Below, piece after piece: positions 17,822 to 25,394 of a stretch of DNA of 34,445 nt. The translations under genes were made by a program, and so were the position numbers. Positions within the stretch are counted from its first letter, which is position 1; each line of letters starts with the position of its first letter. Source of the DNA: a virus (taxonomy: Duplodnaviria; Caudoviricetes); the IMG/VR virus record IMGVR_UViG_3300005764_000046, positions 1 to 34,445 of that record; one strand, written 5' to 3'. The notes beneath the pieces are model-generated. The model had not been told where the DNA came from. It did not search any database and saw only the letters and a program-made list of their open reading frames with translations.

Positions 17822-19645
17822 TTACGCAACGCCGATCGGCGGCAGGATGCCAGTCATTCCGATCGTGCCAGGATTTGGACCAATGATCTGGGTATCCAGA
17901 CCGCGATCATATTGCAGTCGAAACTGAGCGAGCACTGCAAAAATGCGAAGCTGATTTATGAGGTCTGGGCCGTACAAAACGTTTACGCGGTTCGGGTCAT
18001 TGGGGTCACGCTCGACAAGAAGGTTAGCTTTGAATGCGGCGACGTTTTCAACGAGACCGTCCCACATATCTTGCATGTATTGCGCAATAAGCTCACCTTT
18101 GATCATACCTGGAGTGACCACGGCCTGGCCCGGCCCAAAGCGCGTGCCATCATCTGCCAACTTAACTCTGGGGTATTTGGTCGTGATGACATACCTTTGA
18201 TTCCGAATGAGCCTTGCGAGCGTTGCAAGGGTAGTTACCAGTTCGTAAGCATCATCCTGGAATCCGTATAGGTTCAGTTGATACGTCGTGGTTTCACGCG
18301 AGATCATCGGCTGGTTATCCGATCCAGCCTTTTGCGTTGCGACCCCGTTCTCTGCCAGCGAATTCAATTCGATCGTATCGAAGCGATCTTTCAACGGCGC
18401 GAGCTTGACCGTGTTGAGCGACAATGTCTGCAGCGGACGTGCAGGATCATTGATCAACGCGCGCTGAGCCTTCGCGGTATATGCTGCGACAACGTCGAGC
18501 ACCATGGACGGCATGGTCTGCTCGATGCCCATGACCGACGTGATACCGCTGTTGCGTGTGTTGCCGAACGTGATCAGATTCGAATATGTATCGCGGCGCG
18601 CTGAGAAGATGTGACCGTACAACTGCCGGCGCCAACCCCAGCGCCCAACGTCCTCGAAGCCGAAATCAAGCTCCCACGCATTCAGCGTGGTCGAGTCCGT
18701 GTACGGCAGCGCAACGTATTCGAAATTCTTCTCGCCGAGATTATTGATCGCGTTCTGGAAGTTCGGCACGCCGACGCCGCCGGCAAAGAAGTTAGCGGGA
18801 CCGGTAGGACCTGCAAACGTCAGCGAGGCCGCAGACGCAGTCGTCGCTTGGTTCGTGATATAGACGCCGGTCTGGCCCGTCGTTCCGGATTGCTGACTGA
18901 CGATGATCGTTCCGGCCGGAACACCGGTACCCGTCACCGTCGCACCGATGGTGATACTGCCGGAGGTCATGGCAGAGATCGTGAGCGACGTACCGCTTCC
19001 GCTTCCCGTTCCTGCGCCCGCCACACCGGCAGCGCCAGGCGGAAGCGTGAGACCCAAGCCAGGAGGCAAGATCTCGCCGCCGATGGTTCCGTAGTAGTTG
19101 AGATCAATGCGGATATCGTTGCCGGTGATGCCTTTCCATCGGGCGGTCAGCGTCACCACAGCGGCCGCCGACGTCGCCGAAACCGGAAGATCAATCGTGC
19201 TGTTGATCTCGGAGGCAATTTCGGCAGCGACTTGTGTTGGCGTATCCGAGGCACCGATGTTCACCGGCACATGTTGGCCGGCGATATAAAGATGAATCGT
19301 CCCTGCGTCTGTCTGTTGAGTCGAAACCGTGATAGTAGCGCTCGCCGCGACCGCGCCGACGGGCTCGCTAACTGGTAGCCCCCAGACTTCATTCGCAAAA
19401 TTGTTCGCATAGAAGGAACGAAACATTCGCGCGAGTTCAGATCCTTGGCCAAAGTGATGATCCGCTTGCGCTTGCGTACCGACCGCAATCGCAACGTCGT
19501 GCGGCGCGTCGCCAAGCGATGTTGCGATACCCACCAAGAGCGAGGGTTGATGAATCATCGGAATCCCAGCTTGCGAAGGATCCACTTCGACCCAGTACAA
19601 CGGAATCTTGAGATCAGCCGGGATGTTGTTAAAGCTAATAGGCAT
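17822..19645 (-). CDS. Tail sheath protein (Mu gp39/L family) with internal insertion
   Basis: Motifs MPISFNNIPADLKIPLYWVEVD, FGQGSELARM, DPARPLQTL and RDPNDPNRVNVLYGPDLINQLRIFA. Confidence 0.95.
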   Translation of the reverse strand: MPISFNNIPADLKIPLYWVEVDPSQAGIPMIHQPSLLVGIATSLGDAPHDVAIAVGTQAQADHHFGQGSELARMFRSFYANNFANEVWGLPVSEPVGAVAASATITVSTQQTDAGTIHLYIAGQHVPVNIGASDTPTQVAAEIASEINSTIDLPVSATSAAAVVTLTARWKGITGNDIRIDLNYYGTIGGEILPPGLGLTLPPGAAGVAGAGTGSGSGTSLTISAMTSGSITIGATVTGTGVPAGTIIVSQQSGTTGQTGVYITNQATTASAASLTFAGPTGPANFFAGGVGVPNFQNAINNLGEKNFEYVALPYTDSTTLNAWELDFGFEDVGRWGWRRQLYGHIFSARRDTYSNLITFGNTRNSGITSVMGIEQTMPSMVLDVVAAYTAKAQRALINDPARPLQTLSLNTVKLAPLKDRFDTIELNSLAENGVATQKAGSDNQPMISRETTTYQLNLYGFQDDAYELVTTLATLARLIRNQRYVITTKYPRVKLADDGTRFGPGQAVVTPGMIKGELIAQYMQDMWDGLVENVAAFKANLLVERDPNDPNRVNVLYGPDLINQLRIFAVLAQFRLQYDRGLDTQIIGPNPGTIGMTGILPPIGVA

Positions 19646-19700
19646 GGTGACGCCTCCTGCGTTGCTAGGTAGTTAGCTCTTTTCCCGGTTTTGACTTAAG

Positions 19701-20036
19701 TTATGGCGTATGTGCGCGACGAGCGTGCTGCACCGGCTTTTCGCTCTCTTCTTTCTCTGGCTGGACTTCTTTGATATCGCCATCGGCGATCCGTCGCTGC
19801 GTAAAGCGATCATTCGGCCATTCGACCGAACCTTCTGCGCGTAAGCGCACGCCGTTTGGATGCTTAAGGCTCGAGCGCAAATGCTCGCGACCAGGAGCGG
19901 GAACGACGCGCAGCGGAGGGATCCTGTTGACCGCTTTAAGCATCGCAAGCCGCTCGGGCGTTGCCGCCTTACGGCCTAGAGAAGCCATGCGCGCCTGCGC
20001 CTGGCCTTTGTAAAACGGATTGACGCTGATCGGCAT
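19701..20036 (-). CDS. Mu gp38-like (DUF2635) protein
   Basis: RVVPAPGR...HPNG..L.AEG..WPNDRFTQRRIADGDI; immediately upstream of the sheath gene. Confidence 0.7.
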   Translation of the reverse strand: MPISVNPFYKGQAQARMASLGRKAATPERLAMLKAVNRIPPLRVVPAPGREHLRSSLKHPNGVRLRAEGSVEWPNDRFTQRRIADGDIKEVQPEKEESEKPVQHARRAHTP

Positions 20037-20050
20037 TGTAGTTGCTCCTC

Positions 20051-20965
20051 TTATGGGCCTGCGCCCGTTAACGGTGGTGGCACGTAGTCAGGATCGAAGC
20101 GGTAGACGACATCGACCTCCATGATCGCGACCGGATTCTCGAAGGTGAGCGGCTGCGATACCGAGGTCGTCGCTAGGCTCGTGGTGTAGACGCCATCGCT
20201 ACCGGTCGTGCCGGATTGCTGACTGACGATCGTTGTTCCTGCAGGCACGCCGTTGCCGCTGACAGTTGCGTTCGTCTCAATCGTGCCAGCGACGCCGGTC
20301 ACCGTCAGGCTCGTGCCTGCACTGGTGCCCGTACCGGTCGCAGTCGTCGTCGGCGGCGCAAGCTCGGGGAAAGCCGTCACAGCGATTTCCTTGAGGTCGT
20401 CGAAATTGGTCGGATTGAATGACGTGCCGTATTGATAAGTCGCTTCGATCAGTTGCATTCCCATCGGCGTCTCGCTCTTCGAATCGCGTCCCCACTCAGG
20501 GGATGGGATACGCAGCCGCGGAATGCCTTCGACGTGGAAGTTCTTGCTCGGGCTCGGTCCAGTAAGGCTCGGCTTGTAAAAATTGGTGAGCGTATTGTCG
20601 CGAAAGAGTTGATTGATCACGAACCACTTGGCCTGATCGAGCGTCTGCTGCATCGCGACGGAGTCGTTGTCCTTGACGACTATTTGAATCCCGATCGGCA
20701 CCGTATGATTGAATCGAATGTTGGTGGCATTGAATTCGCCGTCTGAAACCGCCGTCTCATTCCCGACGAAAACCCCGATCGCGGGAAGCTGGTAAGAGGC
20801 CTCGAGCGGAAGTGCGCGGGTGATGCGCTTAACTGCGAAACCTGCGAACAGCGACGAACTTGCGAGCCGGTTGTAGATCGCATTCAGAAGCAAGAACGAA
20901 TAACTGTTGATGTCTTCTGGGCCGCCGGTGCCCGTCCAAGGCACATCGCGCGTCATGCCGTTCAT
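20051..20965 (-). CDS. Putative tail terminator/neck protein with inserted beta-rich domain
   Basis: Position between the head-closure gene and the gp38-like gene; LPAIGVFVGNETA motif; Thr/Gly insert shared with the sheath. Confidence 0.65.
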   Translation of the reverse strand: MNGMTRDVPWTGTGGPEDINSYSFLLLNAIYNRLASSSLFAGFAVKRITRALPLEASYQLPAIGVFVGNETAVSDGEFNATNIRFNHTVPIGIQIVVKDNDSVAMQQTLDQAKWFVINQLFRDNTLTNFYKPSLTGPSPSKNFHVEGIPRLRIPSPEWGRDSKSETPMGMQLIEATYQYGTSFNPTNFDDLKEIAVTAFPELAPPTTTATGTGTSAGTSLTVTGVAGTIETNATVSGNGVPAGTTIVSQQSGTTGSDGVYTTSLATTSVSQPLTFENPVAIMEVDVVYRFDPDYVPPPLTGAGP

Positions 20966-21348
20966 ATGACTTCCCAGCCGCTCGACGTTTTCAGTGGCGC
21001 GGCTGGCTCATATCGGCGGATGTAGTAAGTAAGCTGGCCACCGCTGTTGCTGATCGGGCCATCGGTGATTTCATAGTCTCCGCCTTCAATGTCCGTGTCG
21101 GCATCGAAATGAACGATATCGCCCTGCTTTGGAATCGGAAGAGCGCCGGCGCGGAATTCCTCCGATCGAATATCAATGATCGTCTGCTGATCGGAGATCT
21201 CAGCAATGATGACGCCCTCGTCATTGGTGATGGTCAGTGGACCTGAGTTGAAGATCGCGCGCATGCCAGCATAAGGCCCGCCCGTGATTGTACGGCCGAA
21301 CATGTCTTGGCAGTGCGAATAGAGAAGAGTGGAGAAACTGACAGCCAT
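20962..21348 (-). CDS. Putative head-tail joining (head closure) protein
   Basis: 128-aa beta-rich protein with PKQGDIVHF...YEITD; synteny. Confidence 0.6.
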   Translation of the reverse strand: MAVSFSTLLYSHCQDMFGRTITGGPYAGMRAIFNSGPLTITNDEGVIIAEISDQQTIIDIRSEEFRAGALPIPKQGDIVHFDADTDIEGGDYEITDGPISNSGGQLTYYIRRYEPAAPLKTSSGWEVI

Positions 21349-21349
21349 G

Positions 21350-21772
21350 CTACCAGTGAATTTTTTCTTCCGCGCATTCGCGCATTCGCTGGATCAATCG
21401 CCGTTCCATTTCCTGTCGCAGAATCGGCCGCGTCGACCAGTGCCGATGTTCGCGCAGCTTGAGCTTGCGTGCTCGCGGCAGCGGATGCTGCAGATGCTTG
21501 CTCAGCGCGCGGCGCGCGCGACGCATTTCCTTCGGCCCTAGCGCAAAGCCTTCCGACTTCATCATCTCGTAAAGGCTATGCGGTCGGATCTTCGTCTGCG
21601 CTCGGCCCTGCGCGCGCCAACGCATGGTGAACGGTCGATGCCGATGCAACTCTTCAACTTGCCAAGCTGAAAGCTCGGCCCCGAGATCAACGCGCTTGAA
21701 ATGCACGATGCGATTGCGCGCATCAGTGATGCGTTTCACGAGCGCCGTTGTGTCAACCTCGATCTTGAACAT
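21350..21772 (-). CDS. Hypothetical basic neck/tail-completion protein
   Basis: Arg-rich ORF in the operon with STRPILR near the C-terminus (HK97 gp10-like by position). Confidence 0.55.
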   Translation of the reverse strand: MFKIEVDTTALVKRITDARNRIVHFKRVDLGAELSAWQVEELHRHRPFTMRWRAQGRAQTKIRPHSLYEMMKSEGFALGPKEMRRARRALSKHLQHPLPRARKLKLREHRHWSTRPILRQEMERRLIQRMRECAEEKIHW

Positions 21773-22432
21773 TCAAACCCAGAGTCGGGTGTACTGATTA
21801 ATGAGCGCCTCGACGGCCTGCATTGATGGCGACTTGCCACCGAGCCGAAGCAAGACTGCATTGGGATCGAAAAAAGTCACACGGGCCTCACGGTGGCTTA
21901 CCTGCCTTATGCCCGCGACCTGTGCTTGGACCATCCTGAGTCGCGCTTCCATGATCAAGACGACGACCGCTTGCTTAAGCGGGTACGGTGCTTCGGCTGG
22001 CAAGACGTAGCCGCCCGTGTACGTGACATAGACCGGCAGCGGCCAAGGAATTGCCTGCGGATCGTTCACGCCGCGATTGGCGAGCTTCCCGCTGCGCTCC
22101 TCGAGCGTGTAGGTGCTCGGATCGACTACCGAACCGCCGGCGGTGACGTTCGTTATGTCCGCGGCTTTCACCGGGAAGTGTGTCAAGAATACGCGACCCG
22201 AACCGCCATCCTCGCGCCAACTCTCGACGCCAGTTTCCTTGGCGAAAATCCTATTGCACATCCGCGCGACTTCTTGCGAGTAGATCGAAATCTGCAACGT
22301 GAGCGTCTGATCGTAAGTTGTCAGCGCCGGATCCAAGCCAAGCAAAAGCTTGCACTCCTGCAGCGTCACCAGGTCATGCGCATTCGACTGCGGATCAGCC
22401 GGCACAGTAGCGTTGAAATCGACTGCAGCCAT
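21773..22432 (-). CDS. Head-tail connector (HK97 gp6-like)
   Basis: Motifs LVTLQECKLLL, MCNRIF and VYVTYTGGYVLPAEAPYPLKQAV. Confidence 0.85.
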   Translation of the reverse strand: MAAVDFNATVPADPQSNAHDLVTLQECKLLLGLDPALTTYDQTLTLQISIYSQEVARMCNRIFAKETGVESWREDGGSGRVFLTHFPVKAADITNVTAGGSVVDPSTYTLEERSGKLANRGVNDPQAIPWPLPVYVTYTGGYVLPAEAPYPLKQAVVVLIMEARLRMVQAQVAGIRQVSHREARVTFFDPNAVLLRLGGKSPSMQAVEALINQYTRLWV

Positions 22433-23719
22433 TTAGTCCTCGAACAGCGCGCGGAGATCGAGCGCCGGACCTTCCTTGCCGTCAGACATGATCGGGATCG
22501 CGAGATATTGTCGGCGATCGACCTTCCAACTCTTCAGCGTCGGCGCCGGCGCGCCGGGCTTGCCGTCCGCACCGGCCGGGCCTTGCGGGCCGCGCTCGCC
22601 TTTTTGACCAGCAATGCCACGAGCACCTTGTCGTGACATGAGTTGCCAACCTGGCCCCGGACATGGCCCAGGATTATCCTTGAGCGCGATGAACGTCGCG
22701 CCGTCGAGGGCGACGAAATCGAGCGCAGAGTAAATTGCAGCATCGTCATAAGTGCCTTTTGAAATCGGCGTTCGCGCCGTTCCGCCCATGGCCGCAAGGC
22801 AGATCCAATCGGTGCCACCGGGAGTCTGTGCGGTGTCGCGCAAGGCCTGGAAACAAGCGCCGTTGTAGACGACGACCTCGGCCTCATAGCTCACGGCGCC
22901 TTGCTGCCAGAGCTTGGCGATCGGCAGCTTGCCGGGCGCGCCCTGCGGACCTTGCGGGCCGCGCTCGCCGGCCGGCCCTTCAATCGAGAGACCATCGTCG
23001 CCTCTATCACCCTTGTCGCCCTTGTCGCCCTTGTCGCCCTTGTCGCCCTTCTCTCCGCGCGGCCCGTCTAAACCAATTCCCCCGGATAACCCCTGCGGAC
23101 CCGCTTCGCCCTTCTCGCCTTTTTCGCCGGTTTCACCACGGAGTCCTTGGATTCCTTGTTGGCCTTCGCCTCCTGGGACACCGGGGAGCCCTTGCTCGCC
23201 CGTTTCCCCCCTTTCGCCTTTTTCACCCTGCACTCCTTGAAGTCCTGGCGTCCCGGCCGGCCCAGGATCGCCGGGAGGCCCTGGAAGACCTCGATCGCCA
23301 GTATGGCCGGGAGCGCCAGGTTCACCCGGTTTGCCATCGGCACCGGGAGGGCCGACGACTCCGGGAAGTCCGATCTCACCTTTTTCGCCGCGTTCGCCGC
23401 GCGGCCCTTGCAATCCTCTTTCGCCGTCTTTGCCGTCGAGTCCGTCGATGCCAGGCGGCCCGCGCTCGCCGTCACGCACGAGCGCCAAGCGCTCGGCAAC
23501 CACGCGCGCAGCATCGCTGCGTGAATTGACCATCTGCTCGCGCATCTGCGCGACGACAGCCTGCGCCTGGGCGTTGATCAGCGCGATCGCTTTCTCACCC
23601 GCCCGCTGATATTCGGCGAGCGCGTGCGCTAATACTTGCTCGAGCGCCGCGTTAAGATAGGAATCTTCGATTGATGGCTGCGGCGTTGTCTCTGAGCCGT
23701 TGAATTGCGGCGTTGACAT
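22433..23719 (-). CDS. Collagen-like fibre protein with carbohydrate-binding-like modules
   Basis: N-terminal coiled-coil-like segment, long Gly-X-Y tract, and two W/Y..VV..G..F.AL...PG...W modules (CBM5/12-like). Likely start is the ATG at 23719 (MSTPQF). Confidence 0.85.
   Translation of the reverse strand: MSTPQFNGSETTPQPSIEDSYLNAALEQVLAHALAEYQRAGEKAIALINAQAQAVVAQMREQMVNSRSDAARVVAERLALVRDGERGPPGIDGLDGKDGERGLQGPRGERGEKGEIGLPGVVGPPGADGKPGEPGAPGHTGDRGLPGPPGDPGPAGTPGLQGVQGEKGERGETGEQGLPGVPGGEGQQGIQGLRGETGEKGEKGEAGPQGLSGGIGLDGPRGEKGDKGDKGDKGDKGDRGDDGLSIEGPAGERGPQGPQGAPGKLPIAKLWQQGAVSYEAEVVVYNGACFQALRDTAQTPGGTDWICLAAMGGTARTPISKGTYDDAAIYSALDFVALDGATFIALKDNPGPCPGPGWQLMSRQGARGIAGQKGERGPQGPAGADGKPGAPAPTLKSWKVDRRQYLAIPIMSDGKEGPALDLRALFED
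23011..23048. repeat. 9-bp tandem repeat (CCTTGTCGC) x4 encoding GDK repeats
   Basis: Directly visible; lies within the collagen tract. Confidence 0.9.
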
Positions 23720-25097
23720 CGTCTGCCTTGGGCTTGGGTTGTGGTGGCTTAGGTTCAGGCTTTGGTTCGGCGGCTGCGATTGCTGGACCGGCTGGCGGAA
23801 ACGCGTGAGCAGCGGGCGGACCTGCAGGCGGGAGCTTCCCAGCAAAATCTAAGGGGATCATTTGCTGTTGCATGCGGGGCATGTCCCCGTCGGTCACATC
23901 GTCATAACCCTCTTCGTTGCGAGCTTCGTTCGGCGCCATAATGCCGCCGGTGACAGCTTCCTTGAGACCTCTGATCCGATCCTTGAAGTCAGAGCGCAGC
24001 AACGCGCCAGTGTCGAACTCCACGTATTCATCCGGCTCGCCCTTAAGCTGAAAGAGCCGATCGAAAGCTTGCTCACAGCACTCGAGAGCAAAGCCGAGGC
24101 CGGTCGCAATCCAGAAGCGCATGAGCGCCTCGGTCGATCCGAACGTTGGACCACCGAGCCCGAGGATCTGCAGCGGCACGCGGAATGCGAGCGCGATATG
24201 GCTCTCTGCGATCTTCATCACTTCGGCGACCTGCGCATCCTTCGGCACTTGCGCCCACGGCGAAACCTTGAGGCCATGCGTGAGGATCGGTGTCTTGCCC
24301 TGGTTTAGGCCTTTGGTTTGTTCGTCCCAACGATCGCGGAGTTCCTGCACGAGATCCTTGTCCATCGGCATGTCGGTCTGGATCACCGCCGACGGCCGTG
24401 CCTGGTTCATATAAAATTGCTGCTGTTGTTGCGCGATCGCGCCGGCCAGGCCCATGTCGTAAAGCGCTGCGAGCAGCGGCGTCTGACCCCAGAGCGGAAA
24501 AGGATATTGTCGGCTGCGATCGGCGTGCAGGCGAAAGTGCAAGACGTCGCGCTGCGGTACAATCAGTGCTTCCGGCATCTGCTGTGCGATCACGGCATTG
24601 CCGGCTAAGCGGTAGAAGACTTCGCCATTCGTCGCCAACTGCGGCCGCGATAGCATCGCGTCCATCAGGTGTAGCTCGCTCACTTCGAATCGATCGTTGC
24701 GAAGCGCGAGCGCGTAGGCATTTCCCTCGAGGTAGAGTTGCCGGACCGCATTCACCATGAAATCCAGCATCGATTGATAGGCATTCGGCCTGCGCAAGAT
24801 CCGCGACGCCGCTGAATTTTTGACGCGAGCGCGACCGCCCTTGTCGGTCAAGCGCCAATGATCGGCCACGCACATGCTGACCGTTTGCGAGTAAGCGGAA
24901 ACGCAAGCTTCGACCATCGCCGAGCGCGCTGCACTCGGCTCGATATTCATCCCGGTTTGCCACCAATTGATCGGTGCACCATCGGGAAGCCAACCACCGG
25001 AAATAGAGAGATAGTAAGGACCGGGGCGCACTGCGCCTTCGACCGCGCGCGCTACCGTGCGCAACGTTCGAGCGACGAGAGCGCGCCCCGAAATCAT
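23652..25097 (-). CDS. Portal protein, HK97 family
   Basis: Motifs RRPNAYQS, LYLEGNAYA, IALAFRVP, VEFDTGALLRSD and GIMAPNEAR. Confidence 0.95.
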   Translation of the reverse strand: MISGRALVARTLRTVARAVEGAVRPGPYYLSISGGWLPDGAPINWWQTGMNIEPSAARSAMVEACVSAYSQTVSMCVADHWRLTDKGGRARVKNSAASRILRRPNAYQSMLDFMVNAVRQLYLEGNAYALALRNDRFEVSELHLMDAMLSRPQLATNGEVFYRLAGNAVIAQQMPEALIVPQRDVLHFRLHADRSRQYPFPLWGQTPLLAALYDMGLAGAIAQQQQQFYMNQARPSAVIQTDMPMDKDLVQELRDRWDEQTKGLNQGKTPILTHGLKVSPWAQVPKDAQVAEVMKIAESHIALAFRVPLQILGLGGPTFGSTEALMRFWIATGLGFALECCEQAFDRLFQLKGEPDEYVEFDTGALLRSDFKDRIRGLKEAVTGGIMAPNEARNEEGYDDVTDGDMPRMQQQMIPLDFAGKLPPAGPPAAHAFPPAGPAIAAAEPKPEPKPPQPKPKADDVNAAIQRLRDNAAAINRRFLS

Positions 25098-25102
25098 TCA
25101 TG

Positions 25103-25330
25103 TTACTCTTTGCGCGTATGCGGTGCCGCGGCCGTGTGCTGCCGGGTCTGATAGCCTTGAGCAGCGGGAGTCTTGCCGGCCTCGACATGCTTGCCCGACG
25201 CCAGAGCTTGCGCCTTCGCGTTTGCTTCAGCGTGCGGATCCGGCCCGCTGCCGTCGTCTTCAAGCTCAACGTGCTCGCCGAGAGCGATCTTGTTAAGCTC
25301 CTCTTGAGTCGGCGTGGGTCTTGCTGCCAT
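25103..25330 (-). CDS. Hypothetical protein (75 aa) between capsid and portal
   Basis: ATG with AGAGGAG SD; PTPTQEE motif; fills the gap. Confidence 0.7.
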   Translation of the reverse strand: MAARPTPTQEELNKIALGEHVELEDDGSGPDPHAEANAKAQALASGKHVEAGKTPAAQGYQTRQHTAAAPHTRKE

Positions 25331-25351
25331 GGTGGGCTCCTCTCTTAGGTT

Positions 25352-25389
25352 AAAGGAAATAACACGGGCGAGTTTAAGCGCCCGTGTTA
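25352..25389 (-). terminator. Rho-independent terminator after the major capsid gene
   Basis: Perfect 11-bp stem TAACACGGGCG / CGCCCGTGTTA with an 8-nt loop, followed on the minus strand by TTTCCTTT. Confidence 0.75.
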
Positions 25390-25394
25390 GGTAT

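Noticed and set aside
2165-19645. Tailocin or extracellular contractile injection system
   Set aside because: Capsid, portal and head-tail adaptor genes are present, so this is a phage-type virion module.
22735-23609. Plus-strand Pro/Ser- and Arg-rich ORFs
   Set aside because: They are antisense shadows of the collagen Gly-X-Y tract.
24073-25269. 398-aa alternative-frame ORF over the portal
   Set aside because: Arg/Ala-rich with no recognisable motifs; typical off-frame ORF in high-GC DNA.
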